From Acidobacteriota bacterium (GTDB taxonomy: Bacteria; Acidobacteriota; Terriglobia; Terriglobales; Acidobacteriaceae), in assembly GCA_013289685.1 (NCBI GenBank), contig JABCZL010000001.1, positions 1,838 through 65,837 of the forward strand: a stretch of DNA of 64,000 nt, given 5' to 3'. Below, piece by piece: positions 1 through 10,018 of the stretch; position 1 is the stretch's first letter, and the number at the start of each line of letters is the position of its first letter. A program made the position numbers and the translations under genes. The notes beneath the pieces are model-generated. The model did no database searches. It saw only the letters and a program-made list of their open reading frames with translations, and had not been told where the DNA came from.

Positions 1-355
1 CGAACACGTCTTTCGCCCCAGGCAAGGCCGGAAATACGCTTCCCACATGGATATTTTGATAGTCCGTCAAGATACGTTCGGCGCTCCGATGGCCACCGTT
101 ATCAATGAAGTCGTAAGCGTACCATCCAGCTCTGTCGGATCCCATCTGGGCAAGCCACGGCCAAACGTCATGAGGAGGACGACGAATCGTGATGGCGTGA
201 TTGACCGAGCCGATGGGCTGAGGAATCAGGTCGTCTCCGGCAAGGGAACTGGCGCGCTCGTCAGGAGTAGCGCGGACTTGCATGCTGGCACAAATTGCAA
301 GTACCGCAAACACGATCGAGATTCCGAGAAGACCGAGCAGCACTTTTTTCTTCAT
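1..355 (-). CDS. SRPBCC-like hypothetical protein, N-terminal part (the gene runs off the window start)
   Basis: Absent from the ORF track because the window edge cuts it. A reverse-strand ATG at 355-353 gives MKKKVLLGLLGISIVFAVLAICASMQ (signal/anchor), then ..RRPPHDVWPWLAQMGSDRAGWYAYDFIDNGG.., a motif I associate with SRPBCC/cyclase-like proteins. Confidence 0.6.
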   Translation of the reverse strand, partial: MKKKVLLGLLGISIVFAVLAICASMQVRATPDERASSLAGDDLIPQPIGSVNHAITIRRPPHDVWPWLAQMGSDRAGWYAYDFIDNGGHRSAERILTDYQNIHVGSVFPALPGAKDVF

Positions 356-422
356 GGGGCAGCTTATGTAAGGGTAGCCGAGTGCGACTTCGTGCTCAGT
401 GATTGGCGTCACTCGGGCGTTT

Positions 423-439
423 GCGCCGAGACTCGGCGC
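423..439. other. Perfect GC-rich hairpin (7-bp stem, 3-nt loop), conserved in the duplicate at 55887-55903
   Basis: gcgccga-gac-tcggcgc lies 13 nt downstream of the small-ORF stop. It has no U-tract, so it is not a canonical intrinsic terminator. Confidence 0.5.
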
Positions 440-452
440 AACCTTGGCTCCT

Positions 453-542
453 TCAGGTAGGAACGCCAAGTTTTGGCAGTAGCCACTGCGTCAAGATCAC
501 ATAAGCGACAAGGAATGCCACTGCCCAACCCCAATTTGGCAT
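453..542 (-). CDS. 29-aa hydrophobic small protein (MPNWGWAVAFLVAYVILTQWLLPKLGVPT)
   Basis: Below the ORF-track cutoff. AGGAGA sits 8 nt upstream of the ATG. A second copy at 55784-55873 differs at 10 nt, of which 6 are synonymous. Confidence 0.55.
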   Translation of the reverse strand: MPNWGWAVAFLVAYVILTQWLLPKLGVPT

Positions 543-554
543 GTTCATTCTCTC

Positions 555-743
555 CTATCTCCCAACTCCAAGTTTACGCAGGAACGTCATCATCGGGCAC
601 CAGTTCGTGAATCCAGACTGAAACAGATTCAGACCAACAAAAGCCGTGAAAAGGTACCAGTACGGGCTTACGTAGTGCCCAAGTGCCCGGGACAACAGAA
701 TGAAGCTGCCAGCGATCAAACGAAGTGTGCGTTCTACAGTCAT
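555..743 (-). CDS. DUF2892 (YgaP-like) small membrane protein
   Basis: MTVERTLRLIAGSFILLS...GLNLFQSGFTNWCPMMTFLRKLG matches the DUF2892 pattern. The ATG at 743 follows AAGGAGA. The track start at 803 would overlap the RND gene. Confidence 0.75.
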   Translation of the reverse strand: MTVERTLRLIAGSFILLSRALGHYVSPYWYLFTAFVGLNLFQSGFTNWCPMMTFLRKLGVGR

Positions 744-772
744 AGCAGTTCTCCTTTCAAAATAAATTCGTC

Positions 773-3700
773 CTACGCAATTTCGCATTGCGGAGTTTCG
801 CATTCAGCGACATTCTCCGGTAAATGTGGATGCATTGGTGGAAGCGAGTGTCCCCTCTGAGAGAGGTAATAAAGAACCGGCACTGCCATCCGCGAGAGGA
901 CCGTAGACGCGACTTCTCCCGCCATCAATGACAGAGCCAGGCCCTGGAAAATCGGGTCAAAGAGGATCACGCTCGCTCCCACTACAACCGCGGCAGCGGT
1001 CAGCAGCATTGGGCGGAAGCGCACCGCACCCGCATCGACGACGGCATCCTCCAACGACATTCCCTGGGAGCGGCGCAGTTCGATGAAGTCAACGAGAATG
1101 ATGGAATTGCGGACGATGATGCCCGCCCCAGCGATGAAGCCAATCATCGAGGTCGCGGTGAAGAAAGCTCCCATCAACGAATGTGCGGGAAGAATGCCAA
1201 CCAGCGTGAGCGGGATTGGCGCCATGATTACCAGCGGCGTGACGAACGAGCGGAACCACCCCACTACCAGCACGTAGATCAACACCAAAACAGCCGCGAA
1301 GGCGAGTCCTAGGTCGCGGAAGACTTCTACAGTGATGTGCCACTCGCCATCCCACTTCATGGAGAAGCGGTCAGTGCGCTCGGGCATGGTGGTGCCCTTG
1401 TACTGCTTTACACCGTAGCCATCGGGCAACTTGATTTTGTCGATGGCCTCGCTCATCTTCATGATGGCGTACACAGGGCTCTCCTCTCCGCCCGCCACAT
1501 CTCCCGTCACGTAGACGACTGGCTGCAGGTTCTTGCGATATACGCTGGTATCAATGGTCGTCTGCTGAAGGTTCGTCACTTCCTGCAGGGCGATCTGCCC
1601 ACCGGAAGACGTCGGCAGCTTCAGGTTGCCAAGGTCTTCGATCCCAGAGCGATCCGGGCGGGCCAGCCGCACTTCGATAGGGATGTCCTCGCGGGAACGG
1701 GGATCGTGGAGTAAACCTGCGTTGGCGCCTCCGAGCCCCACCTGCAGAGTGCGTGCCACATCGGCGGGCGAGACGCCGTGAAGCGCTGCCTTGTCCAGAT
1801 CCACTTTCATGTCGTACTTGGTTTGCGGGTCTTCGACGTACCAGTCCACATCCACGACGCCGGGCGTTTGCTGAAAGACCTTCTTGATTTTGGCAGCCAG
1901 TTCAATCTGCCCTTTGTAGTCTGGTCCGTAGACTTCCGCCACCAGAGTTTGCAATACGGGCGGACCAGGTGGGACTTCGGCTACCTTGATGCGCGCACCG
2001 AAGGGCGCGGCAATCTTGTCCAACTCCGGCCGCAATCGTCGTGCGATCTCATGACTTTGCGCCTTGCGATCGTGCCGTGAGAGCAGATTCACCTGGATAT
2101 CGGCCTGATTGGGCTGAGCGCGCAAGAAGTAATGACGCACGAGGCCGTTGAAGTTGTAAGGACCGGAGGTCCCGGCGTAGATCTGATAATTGATAACCTC
2201 GGGCTGTTGGCCGAGATACTGTCCCAGTGCCTGCGCCACACGAGTCGTCTGTTCCAGTGGCGTCCCATCGGGCATATCAATGATGACCTGAAACTCACTC
2301 TTGTTGTCGAAGGGAAGCATTTTTACGCGAACCCACTTCAACGGAACAAAAGTCACCGCGGCGAGCAGCAACAACACGACACCACCAAGAAATATCCAGC
2401 GGCGGTGTGCGTCACGTATGAGGGGGTTCATCATCCGGCGATACAAACGAGTGGTCCAGCCTTCGGTCTCGTGCCCGGAATGATTGCTACCGCCCGCGTG
2501 TTTCCGTAGCAGCCTCAATGCCGCCCACGGCGAAACTACGAACGCCACAATCAGTGAAAACAACATCGCCGCCGACGCCCCCACTGGGATCGGGCGCATG
2601 TATGGACCCATGAGGCCACGGACGAAGGCCATGGGCAGAATCGCACCGATTACTGCGAACGTGGCGAGAATCGTGGGATTGCCTACTTCGTCCACCGCCT
2701 CGACCGCGACTTCAGATAAGGATCGCCCTCGGCTTTCCGGCAACCGAAAATGGCGCACGATATTCTCGACCACAACGATGGCGTCGTCGACAAGGATTCC
2801 GATAGAGAAGATCAGCGCAAACAATGTGACCCGGTTCAGGGTGTAGCCATACAGGTAGAACACGGCGAGCGTGAGGGCGAGCGTAACCGGCACTGCCAAG
2901 AGGACGACTCCTGATTCCCGCCACCCCAGCGCCAGGGCAATCAACAAGGTGACCGACAACGTTGCGATGAGCAAATGTTTGAGAAGTTCGTCGGATTTGT
3001 CTTTTGCAGTCTCTCCATAGTTGCGCGTGACTGTGATGTTCAGATCATTGGGAAGCACGTACCCGCGCAGCGCATTGACCTTGTCCAGCACACGCTCCGA
3101 AATGTCGGTGGCGTTCGTACCTTTGCGCTTGGAAAGCGTGATGGTTACTGCGGGATATTCCGCGCCCGCGGTTTGCCCTGAACCACCGCGAGCATTCGCA
3201 AACAAAACGTAGGTGTCCGGCTCGGCCGGGCCGTCCTCAAGCTTCTCCGCTACGTCACGCAAGTAGACGGGGCGTTCGGCGTGGACCCCGACAACGACCT
3301 GGCGCAGGTCATCGAGACTCGTGAAGAAAGTGCCGGCTTCGACCTGAAACTCGCGATTGTCACGCGCAAAACTACCAGCTTGGCCACGGCTGTTCGCGTT
3401 CTGGAGTTGCCCCACGATGGTGCCCGGCGTCAGGTCGTAGGCCGCAAGCCGTTGCGTGTCGAGCACGACTCGGATTTGCCTCGGCTGCCCGCCGATGATC
3501 TTGGTCTCAGAAACGTCGTTCAGCGGTTTGAGTGAATTTTCCAGTTCTCCCGCGATTCGCCGCAGGCGATAAGAGTCATAGTCCTTTCCCCACAACGTCA
3601 GGGCCATGATCGGCACGTCGTCAATCGATCGGACCTTGATGATCGGTTGTGAGACGCCGGGCGGGATGCGGTCAAAGTTGGAATAGAGTTTGTTGTAGGT

Positions 3701-4075
3701 CTGAACGATCGCGTCTTCTTCTTTGCTGCCAACGTAGAAACGCACAACCAGCATGCTCACGCCCGGATGGCTGATCGAGTAGATGTACTCAACGCCCGGC
3801 ACTTCGCGCAGTAACTTCTCCATGGGAAGGCTGACGCGCTGTGCCACCTCGTCAGCCGACGCACCCGGCATCTGAACAAAAACGTCGAGCATGGGCACCA
3901 TGATCTGCGGTTCTTCTTCCCTTGGCGTCTTGAGAATGCTGAAAGCGCCAAGAAGCAGCGCGGCAACGATCACCAGCGGTGTGAGTTTTGAATCAATGAA
4001 ACTGTGGGCAATGCGACCGGCCAGGCGCAGGCCCTTCGGGGGGTGAATGGCCGACTTGGATTCTTTGTCGGTCAT
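773..4075 (-). CDS. RND efflux transporter permease (AcrB/CzcA superfamily)
   Basis: A 1100-aa ORF with an RND-type N-terminus (..[31 protein letters not shown]..) and two 6-TM blocks. Its ATG overlaps the adaptor gene stop (TAATG). Confidence 0.92.
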   Translation of the reverse strand: MTDKESKSAIHPPKGLRLAGRIAHSFIDSKLTPLVIVAALLLGAFSILKTPREEEPQIMVPMLDVFVQMPGASADEVAQRVSLPMEKLLREVPGVEYIYSISHPGVSMLVVRFYVGSKEEDAIVQTYNKLYSNFDRIPPGVSQPIIKVRSIDDVPIMALTLWGKDYDSYRLRRIAGELENSLKPLNDVSETKIIGGQPRQIRVVLDTQRLAAYDLTPGTIVGQLQNANSRGQAGSFARDNREFQVEAGTFFTSLDDLRQVVVGVHAERPVYLRDVAEKLEDGPAEPDTYVLFANARGGSGQTAGAEYPAVTITLSKRKGTNATDISERVLDKVNALRGYVLPNDLNITVTRNYGETAKDKSDELLKHLLIATLSVTLLIALALGWRESGVVLLAVPVTLALTLAVFYLYGYTLNRVTLFALIFSIGILVDDAIVVVENIVRHFRLPESRGRSLSEVAVEAVDEVGNPTILATFAVIGAILPMAFVRGLMGPYMRPIPVGASAAMLFSLIVAFVVSPWAALRLLRKHAGGSNHSGHETEGWTTRLYRRMMNPLIRDAHRRWIFLGGVVLLLLAAVTFVPLKWVRVKMLPFDNKSEFQVIIDMPDGTPLEQTTRVAQALGQYLGQQPEVINYQIYAGTSGPYNFNGLVRHYFLRAQPNQADIQVNLLSRHDRKAQSHEIARRLRPELDKIAAPFGARIKVAEVPPGPPVLQTLVAEVYGPDYKGQIELAAKIKKVFQQTPGVVDVDWYVEDPQTKYDMKVDLDKAALHGVSPADVARTLQVGLGGANAGLLHDPRSREDIPIEVRLARPDRSGIEDLGNLKLPTSSGGQIALQEVTNLQQTTIDTSVYRKNLQPVVYVTGDVAGGEESPVYAIMKMSEAIDKIKLPDGYGVKQYKGTTMPERTDRFSMKWDGEWHITVEVFRDLGLAFAAVLVLIYVLVVGWFRSFVTPLVIMAPIPLTLVGILPAHSLMGAFFTATSMIGFIAGAGIIVRNSIILVDFIELRRSQGMSLEDAVVDAGAVRFRPMLLTAAAVVVGASVILFDPIFQGLALSLMAGEVASTVLSRMAVPVLYYLSQRGHSLPPMHPHLPENVAECETPQCEIA

Positions 4076-5193
4076 TACTGGACCTCAATTCGTTTGCCAT
4101 TCAGGTCGACTGCACCGGGTTTGGCCACAAGCTGCTCGCCATCCTGGAGGCCGGCCAGCACTTCGACCTCGGTCCCGGAAGGCTTTCCCAGTGTGATGTA
4201 GCGCAAACTCGCAACCTTGTTTTGGTCCAGCACATAAATGCCTTGCAATTGGCCGCGTTCGACGACCGCCGAGTGCGGAATCAACAGCGCTTGCCGCTTG
4301 CCACGAGAAAACTGGGCGCGCCCGAAGAGCCCCGAACGTAGCCGTGTGTCTGTGGGGAGCTCGATCTTCACCAGGAACGTGCGACTCGCGGCGTCCGCGG
4401 CTGGGACGATTTGCACAACCTTACCCTTCAGAGCCAAGTTTTCGAAGGCATCGATGACGACCGAAACCTGCTCTCCAGTTCGTACATACTGGAGATCGTT
4501 CTCGTTGACGGTGGCCTCCAGTCGATAGCGGCGCACGTCCTCGACGGTGAAGATCGGCATGCCGGGTGAAGCCAGTGTGCCCGAATCGGCTTTCTTCTCT
4601 GTCACCACGCCGTCGAATGGTGCCCGAATCCGTGTGTAGTCCAGAGACGTGCGCGCCTGGCGCAATGCTGCCTGCGCCTGGGCCTGTCCTGCCTTTGCCA
4701 TATCGCGACGCGCGAGAGCCGCTTGTTGACGGGCTTTCACTTCGTCGAACTCTTGCGGACTCACCGATTTCTTTTCGTAGAGAGTCTGGTAACGCTTCAA
4801 GGTTGATTCCGCCAGGGCCAGGTCGGAGTCTGCTCCGACCAGTTGCTGTTGGGCGGCAAGGTCGGCTGCGGTCGAGCGGTCTACGGCGGCTCGCGGCTGG
4901 GAGTCATCGATTACTGCGAGCACTTGACCGCGCTGGACGTGGTCTCCTTCGTGACCCCGGATCTCGACAATGTTGCCCATCATCTGGCTTGCAACCTCAC
5001 TGGTCTGGGCGGCCCGTACCGTGCCGACCGCTTCCAGCAAATCAGGCATACTAGCCCGCTGCACGGCGAGCACGGGAAGGTTCCTCACGGTTTCCGGCGA
5101 CGGAGCCGTGCGGGTTTGCTCGTTAGAGCAGCCGGCTAGGCTAACAACCGCGAAAAGCAACAACAACGAAAGTCTGGTGTTCATACGATTCAT
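4075..5193 (-). CDS. RND efflux periplasmic adaptor (MFP/HlyD family) lipoprotein
   Basis: Has an LAGC lipobox and a coiled-coil plus barrel layout. It shares an ATGA overlap with the upstream OMP gene. Confidence 0.9.
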   Translation of the reverse strand: MNRMNTRLSLLLLFAVVSLAGCSNEQTRTAPSPETVRNLPVLAVQRASMPDLLEAVGTVRAAQTSEVASQMMGNIVEIRGHEGDHVQRGQVLAVIDDSQPRAAVDRSTAADLAAQQQLVGADSDLALAESTLKRYQTLYEKKSVSPQEFDEVKARQQAALARRDMAKAGQAQAQAALRQARTSLDYTRIRAPFDGVVTEKKADSGTLASPGMPIFTVEDVRRYRLEATVNENDLQYVRTGEQVSVVIDAFENLALKGKVVQIVPAADAASRTFLVKIELPTDTRLRSGLFGRAQFSRGKRQALLIPHSAVVERGQLQGIYVLDQNKVASLRYITLGKPSGTEVEVLAGLQDGEQLVAKPGAVDLNGKRIEVQ

Positions 5194-6602
5194 TGCATCA
5201 CCACGGGAGATTGCGGATTCAAGCTGCCGCTCGCCAACTCCAGGTTGGCGTAGCTGGTCTGGAAGTGATAAACGGCCTCCCAGTAGTCGGTTTGGCTGAG
5301 GTGCGCAGCATCTTCAGCGGCCAACAAATCGGTAATCGTGGTCAGTCCGCTGTCGTAGCGGTCCTGGTTGATACGCAGACTCTCCTGGGCCTGGGCGATT
5401 GCCGCTCGCGCCACTTCGATCTGCTGCCGGTTCGCATCCGTCTCGTAATAAGCCCGCCTTACTTCGAGGCGAACGACATCGCTAGCTGCCTGCTTCATCG
5501 CTACAACCTTTTCTTCGAGGGCTCGCTGCCGGGAGAGTTCCGCCCGTTTCGCCCCGCCTTGAAAGATGTCAAATTGCACTTCGATCCCGCCCAGCCAATT
5601 GTTTCCTCCGCCACCAGCGACGAACGTAGGGTTATCCATTTCCCAGCCTGCAAAGGCGTTCACCCGCGGACCGAACGCCGACTTGGCCATCGACACGCTC
5701 TGCCGCTGGGCCGCCTCCTCGGAAGCAATCCGCTTCAAGTCAGGGCGATTTCCGAGCGCCTGCTTCTCAACTTCCGCAAGCACAGGGGCGGGAAGCGTGC
5801 GCTCAGCCAACGCTTCGGTAGTCTGGAACGGAGAATCAAGCGGCATACCCATCGCCGTGTTCAGCTGTGCCCGCGCCACTTCCAGAGCGTTCCTGGCGCG
5901 GATCACCTCCTGCTGTCGCGCCGCCATGCGAACCTTCGCTGTCAGCAGATCTGACTCTACAGTCAGCCCGCTGTCGAATCTCGCCTGGCTACGGTCCATG
6001 ATCGCCTGGGCTGTGTTGGCCGACTGCTCGGCAACTTCCAGTTCCTTGGCCGCCAGCCGAACGTCGTAGTAGGAACTGACCACCCGGAAGACAATCTCCT
6101 GATCCGCGCGGTCCAACTGGTGTCCGACAGCCTCGTTCATCTGTTTTGCCTGACTGATGCCGTGCCAAGTGGCGAACGAATCAAACAGGTTCCAGGTTCC
6201 CCCAAACCGCGTGCTGAAATTGCCGAGAGGCAGAGGCGAGTTGAGCTTGTTCAGTGTGAAATCGGCCTGGGCAAAACGCTGCTGTCGTAGCTTGCTCCCG
6301 AACACGTACACGGGGTCATCACCACGAGTCGCCGTTTCAGAAAAACTCAAGTGCGGCATGAGGAAGGAACGCGCCGCGCGAACACCCGCAGAGGCCACCT
6401 TCGTATCCGCAATCGCCGCCTTGCGCAGTGGATTTTTCTCCAGAGCGATATTCACCGCCTGCTGCAGAGTGAGGGACGAAGGCTGCGCCTCCTGTTGACC
6501 TGAGGCTGCCCCTAATGACACCCACGTAACAGCGACGCTCAGAAGCGCTTTGAATAGACCTTTCAACCTTGCACTCCCGCGCCTTGAGCTGGCTTCGTCC
6601 AT
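5190..6602 (-). CDS. TolC-family outer membrane efflux protein
   Basis: A 470-aa protein with a two-repeat TolC-like sequence and a signal peptide (LLSVAVTWVSLGAASGQQ). The start is uncertain: 6602 overlaps OsmC by 40 nt, and TTG at 6566 is an alternative. Confidence 0.85.
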   Translation of the reverse strand: MDEASSRRGSARLKGLFKALLSVAVTWVSLGAASGQQEAQPSSLTLQQAVNIALEKNPLRKAAIADTKVASAGVRAARSFLMPHLSFSETATRGDDPVYVFGSKLRQQRFAQADFTLNKLNSPLPLGNFSTRFGGTWNLFDSFATWHGISQAKQMNEAVGHQLDRADQEIVFRVVSSYYDVRLAAKELEVAEQSANTAQAIMDRSQARFDSGLTVESDLLTAKVRMAARQQEVIRARNALEVARAQLNTAMGMPLDSPFQTTEALAERTLPAPVLAEVEKQALGNRPDLKRIASEEAAQRQSVSMAKSAFGPRVNAFAGWEMDNPTFVAGGGGNNWLGGIEVQFDIFQGGAKRAELSRQRALEEKVVAMKQAASDVVRLEVRRAYYETDANRQQIEVARAAIAQAQESLRINQDRYDSGLTTITDLLAAEDAAHLSQTDYWEAVYHFQTSYANLELASGSLNPQSPVVMQ

Positions 6603-7030
6603 TCAGTTTTGTCTTCAATGATTTCGTAAGTTGTATGAAAACTCGCGGTCTTCTGCACCATCGCCCCAACTGAGCAATACTTTTCCTCGGAGAGACGAAT
6701 GGCCTCCTCCAGCGCCGCCACGTCAATTTCAAAGCCCGTGACTAAATGGTGGATTCGCACTGCGGTGAACACCTGGGGGGGGCGTTCCGCTTGATCGGCT
6801 TCGACCCGCACCTCGTAACCGGTAACTTTTTGGTGGTACTTCTGGCGAAGAATGGTCACGACATCGAACGCGGTACATCCAGCCAGTCCGGCAGCGACAA
6901 GTTCAATCGGCTTCGGTCCGGTACCTCCGGCTGCATCGTCTAATAGCGCGTGATGGCCGCTTCCGGTCTGGGTAACAAATTGGCGCTGCTGCCTAAGTGG
7001 TTGAGTCAGTTCGACTTTGGCTGTGATCAT
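6563..7030 (-). CDS. OsmC/Ohr-family peroxiredoxin-like protein
   Basis: ..GPKPIELVAAGLAGCTAFDVVTIL.. and ..EKYCSVGAMV.. are the two conserved Cys contexts of the OsmC family. Confidence 0.85.
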   Translation of the reverse strand: MITAKVELTQPLRQQRQFVTQTGSGHHALLDDAAGGTGPKPIELVAAGLAGCTAFDVVTILRQKYHQKVTGYEVRVEADQAERPPQVFTAVRIHHLVTGFEIDVAALEEAIRLSEEKYCSVGAMVQKTASFHTTYEIIEDKTEWTKPAQGAGVQG

Positions 7031-7138
7031 GATCGCCTCCTGCTTGTCCTATCGACCAAGCACATGAATAAATGCAGGAAGTTGGATTTTGTTACAGAGA
7101 AAATTGGCCGTGGAACCTGGTGGCCGTAAGGAGGGCTA

Positions 7139-8101
7139 CTACTTTGGCCTGACCACCGCGAGGGCCTGTTCGTAATTCTTCAGCAGTTGCTTGCGGAGCC
7201 GGACGGCCTTTTTACTCGCAGGGCACTCCGCCGGGGACGTTCGGCACTGCTCAATGGTCGCTTCGAGACTGGAGAGGAAGGCCTTGCACGGTTCGCAACC
7301 GCCCAAGTGCCGCTCCAGCTCCTCACAGAGCGAATCATCCAACCGTTCGTCGAGATAGTTCGAGAGCTCCGCAAACATCGCCTTGCATCGGTCAGGTCTG
7401 GGCTGATCGTTGCCTCGCTGTTCTGGGGAAGAGGCCCGCGAAGCGACCGCTGCTCTCCCGGAGCGTGGTTTCAGCCCTTTCATCAATTCCTTCCGGACAA
7501 ACAACCTCGCACGGTGTAAACGAACCCGGACGGTTCCAGAGCGTAGCCCGGTGATCTCGCTCACTTCTTCGTCGGTTAGCCCTTCCATATCGCGCAGCAC
7601 CAAAACGATCCGGTACTGTGGCGGTAGCTGCTGAATGGCGTCTCGCAACCTTGCTGCTTCCTCACTCCGAATGGCGAATGCTTCGGGGTTGATGCCGCCA
7701 TCGGTCCCCAGTTGCTCAAGTTCCTTCCGATCCGGCATGAGTTCTTCCAGAGAGAGATCTGGATTGGGAGCAAACTTGCTCCGGCGCCGACTCATCAGGC
7801 AGCGGTTCTTTGCCACCTTATAGAGCCACACTACGAGAGCTTTGGGACTGTCGAATTTGGGCAGGTGCGGAACCGATTTCAGCAGCACTTCTTGCATCGT
7901 ATCTTCCGCGTCCTGGCGCTGGCCGCACACGCGCATGCTAAAGGAGAACACGGTATTCTGGAGCAAAGCTAGAGCCTGCTCCAGCGCCGCATCGTCACCC
8001 CGCTGCAATAGCTGCACGGCTTGTTCGATCTCAGAACGCATTGCCGTAAATGTAGCATGGCAAACTTTTCGGCTAGCTTGATTCGGGCCTTCTGAATCCA
8101 C
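7139..8101 (-). CDS. ECF (sigma-70 family) sigma factor with a fused C-terminal ZAS-type anti-sigma domain
   Basis: Sigma region 2 (DAEDTMQEVLLK..WLYKVAKNRC) and region 4 (LTDEEVSEITGLRSGTVRVRLHRAR) are followed by a linker and C-x26-HLGGCEPC (H-x3-C-x2-C). The start is GTG 8101 or, more likely, ATG 8038. Confidence 0.85.
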   Translation of the reverse strand: MDSEGPNQASRKVCHATFTAMRSEIEQAVQLLQRGDDAALEQALALLQNTVFSFSMRVCGQRQDAEDTMQEVLLKSVPHLPKFDSPKALVVWLYKVAKNRCLMSRRRSKFAPNPDLSLEELMPDRKELEQLGTDGGINPEAFAIRSEEAARLRDAIQQLPPQYRIVLVLRDMEGLTDEEVSEITGLRSGTVRVRLHRARLFVRKELMKGLKPRSGRAAVASRASSPEQRGNDQPRPDRCKAMFAELSNYLDERLDDSLCEELERHLGGCEPCKAFLSSLEATIEQCRTSPAECPASKKAVRLRKQLLKNYEQALAVVRPK

Positions 8102-9627
8102 TACTCCATGTCAAACGCCAGCCACTGAAATCCCCCCTCCCTTTCCACCTGTAGTACAACGGGATCGTGCGGCTTGATCTCCGTCAGAGCTGCGCGCAGA
8201 GAGCTTAGAGAGTCGACCGGCACCTGATTCACGCTATGGATAATGTCTCCGGTCTCCAGGCCAGTCTCGGAACTCATGAAATTCGCTACTCTTGCGACCA
8301 CGACAACGCCGGATGGGTTGCGCAGCGTGCCCACCATGGATCGCAGCTCATCGTTCAAACGCAGCGCGAGTATACCCAACCGAGAAACCAGGTTTTCGCG
8401 CGAATTGACCAAGTCGGAGAGAGAATCCATTGGATCTTTCATCTCAACTGCGGGAATGAAGAGAGTCTTCCGCTCCGTGCCGCGAAGAACCTCCAATTGA
8501 AGCACTTCATCTAAAGGATGAAGATAGAGAGCAGAAGTGAACGCTGGCAGCGTGCCTATGAGGCGGCCATCAGCCCTGACGACGATGTCTCCCACCTTCA
8601 GGCCAGCCGCTTCAGCAGGGCCTCCCGGGATCACATCATCAATCACCACTCCCCAATTTTGCGAAAGCCCCAATCCTTTAGCCAAGCTGGCGGTGATCGT
8701 TTGGGCGGCTGCTTTGACCTCGATCCGATGAACATGTCCGTACTTGCGCAGGCTCTCGTAGACGAAACGCACGATCCGTGCGGGGATCGCAAATCCTAGC
8801 CCCTCACTTCCACCTGCTTCGGAAAGGATGAAAGTATTAATCCCTACGACGTAGCCGTCGGTGTCAACCAGAGGGCCGCCGCTATTTCCCGGGTTGATGG
8901 GAGCATCCGTTTGGATGTAAACCATCGGACGGCTCGGATCTGCCTGCCTCGCAACTGAACTCACCACGCCCATGGTCACCGAGTTCTCAAGTCCTTCGGG
9001 GCTGCCTAGTGCAAACACTAATTGCCCTTGGTGTACCGGCCGGTGGTTGCCAAGCGAAAGTGTGGGCAGGCTTGTCTGATCAATCTTAAGCAGGGCAAGG
9101 TCGGTGTCCTTGTGCATGCCAATCAGTCGAGCTTCAACGATCCGCTGCTTACCGGCTGGCACCATCTGGTCCGGAAAATCCACCGAAGGCACTGCAAGCG
9201 CAACGTGGATACGTTGCGCGCCCTCGACCACGTGAGCATTTGTCATGATGTAACCATCCGGGTCCACGATGACTCCTGAACCAATCGCATGCTCGCGGGT
9301 TATGAGCGCTGTTTGACCACGACTATTTTCCTGCAAAGGGCCATACCCGGTAACCAGAATTTGGACCACCGCAGGAGAAATCCTGGCTGCAAGTTGCTCG
9401 ATCGCGAGATTCAGTTGCTGTAACACCGGTGGTGGTTCTGCTGGCCTGGTTCCACTCAACTTTGCTTTGTCGATGTCGGCTTTCGCCTTTGTAGAATCCG
9501 TAGCGGCGGGAACCTGCGAAGATGCCTGTTGGCCCAAACTCGGCACCGCCAACCACAGGAAGCAAAAACACGCAGCGAAAACAGGGACTTGGAATAATTT
9601 TCTCGCACCGCAAATTGGGTAGAGCAT
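8101..9627 (-). CDS. HtrA/DegP-family trypsin-like serine protease with two PDZ domains
   Basis: Carries TNAHVV, DLALLK and GNSGGPL triad contexts plus two PDZ-like segments. The ATG at 9627 starts a signal peptide, MLYPICGARKLFQVPVFAACFCFLWLAVPSLGQQ. The track start at 9840 is probably an over-extension. Confidence 0.9.
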   Translation of the reverse strand: MLYPICGARKLFQVPVFAACFCFLWLAVPSLGQQASSQVPAATDSTKAKADIDKAKLSGTRPAEPPPVLQQLNLAIEQLAARISPAVVQILVTGYGPLQENSRGQTALITREHAIGSGVIVDPDGYIMTNAHVVEGAQRIHVALAVPSVDFPDQMVPAGKQRIVEARLIGMHKDTDLALLKIDQTSLPTLSLGNHRPVHQGQLVFALGSPEGLENSVTMGVVSSVARQADPSRPMVYIQTDAPINPGNSGGPLVDTDGYVVGINTFILSEAGGSEGLGFAIPARIVRFVYESLRKYGHVHRIEVKAAAQTITASLAKGLGLSQNWGVVIDDVIPGGPAEAAGLKVGDIVVRADGRLIGTLPAFTSALYLHPLDEVLQLEVLRGTERKTLFIPAVEMKDPMDSLSDLVNSRENLVSRLGILALRLNDELRSMVGTLRNPSGVVVVARVANFMSSETGLETGDIIHSVNQVPVDSLSSLRAALTEIKPHDPVVLQVEREGGFQWLAFDME

Positions 9628-9854
9628 AGAAATACGCTCCCTGGACCGTCGATTCGTCTTACGACTGAGACCATGATTGCGCTTTGGTGGGATAAAAGCT
9701 ACGGTCGGTCTCGATTCCGTGGCCAAGTGAAGATGCTGATGGTTAGCGGCGCTACTCGATGCCCTGACAAGATCAGGTCGAATGTAAACGTCCGAGGAAG
9801 TACACTCTGACGAACTGCTGAATGTGTCGATTGCCGTCAAAGTCTTATAAATTA

Positions 9855-9882
9855 GAACTTCCGGGCCGTGGTGTGGTTCTCA
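9855..9882 (+). promoter_or_regulatory. Candidate ECF-type promoter (GAACTT-N17-TCTCA) upstream of the S53 peptidase gene
   Basis: gaacttccgggccgtggtgtggttctca lies about 135 nt upstream of the start at 10019. The call rests on motif resemblance only. Confidence 0.25.
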
Positions 9883-10018
9883 TCACGTTCTTGCGCGCCC
9901 TTCGTACCCAGCCCAATGACGTTCGATTTCTTTTACGCTCTCCGCTTGGGATCGGGCTGTCGAGATCGCAGCGGCTAGAGTATCCTACCCAGGTGTTGGA
10001 AGGGCAAAGGCGGCTGCG

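Noticed and set aside
47-460. 137-aa plus-strand ORF at the window start
   Set aside because: The opposite strand encodes a signal peptide plus an SRPBCC-like motif that reads cleanly to the window edge. The plus-strand product has no recognisable features.
8101-9840. Long N-terminal extensions suggested by the ORF track (HtrA to 9840, Rrf2 to 15857, DksA-like to 20799, ATPase from 27371, HK from 22410, and others)
   Set aside because: The track extends to the farthest ATG/GTG/TTG. Internal ATGs that directly precede signal peptides or conserved N-termini, often with SD sequences and without overlapping neighbours, are more plausible starts.
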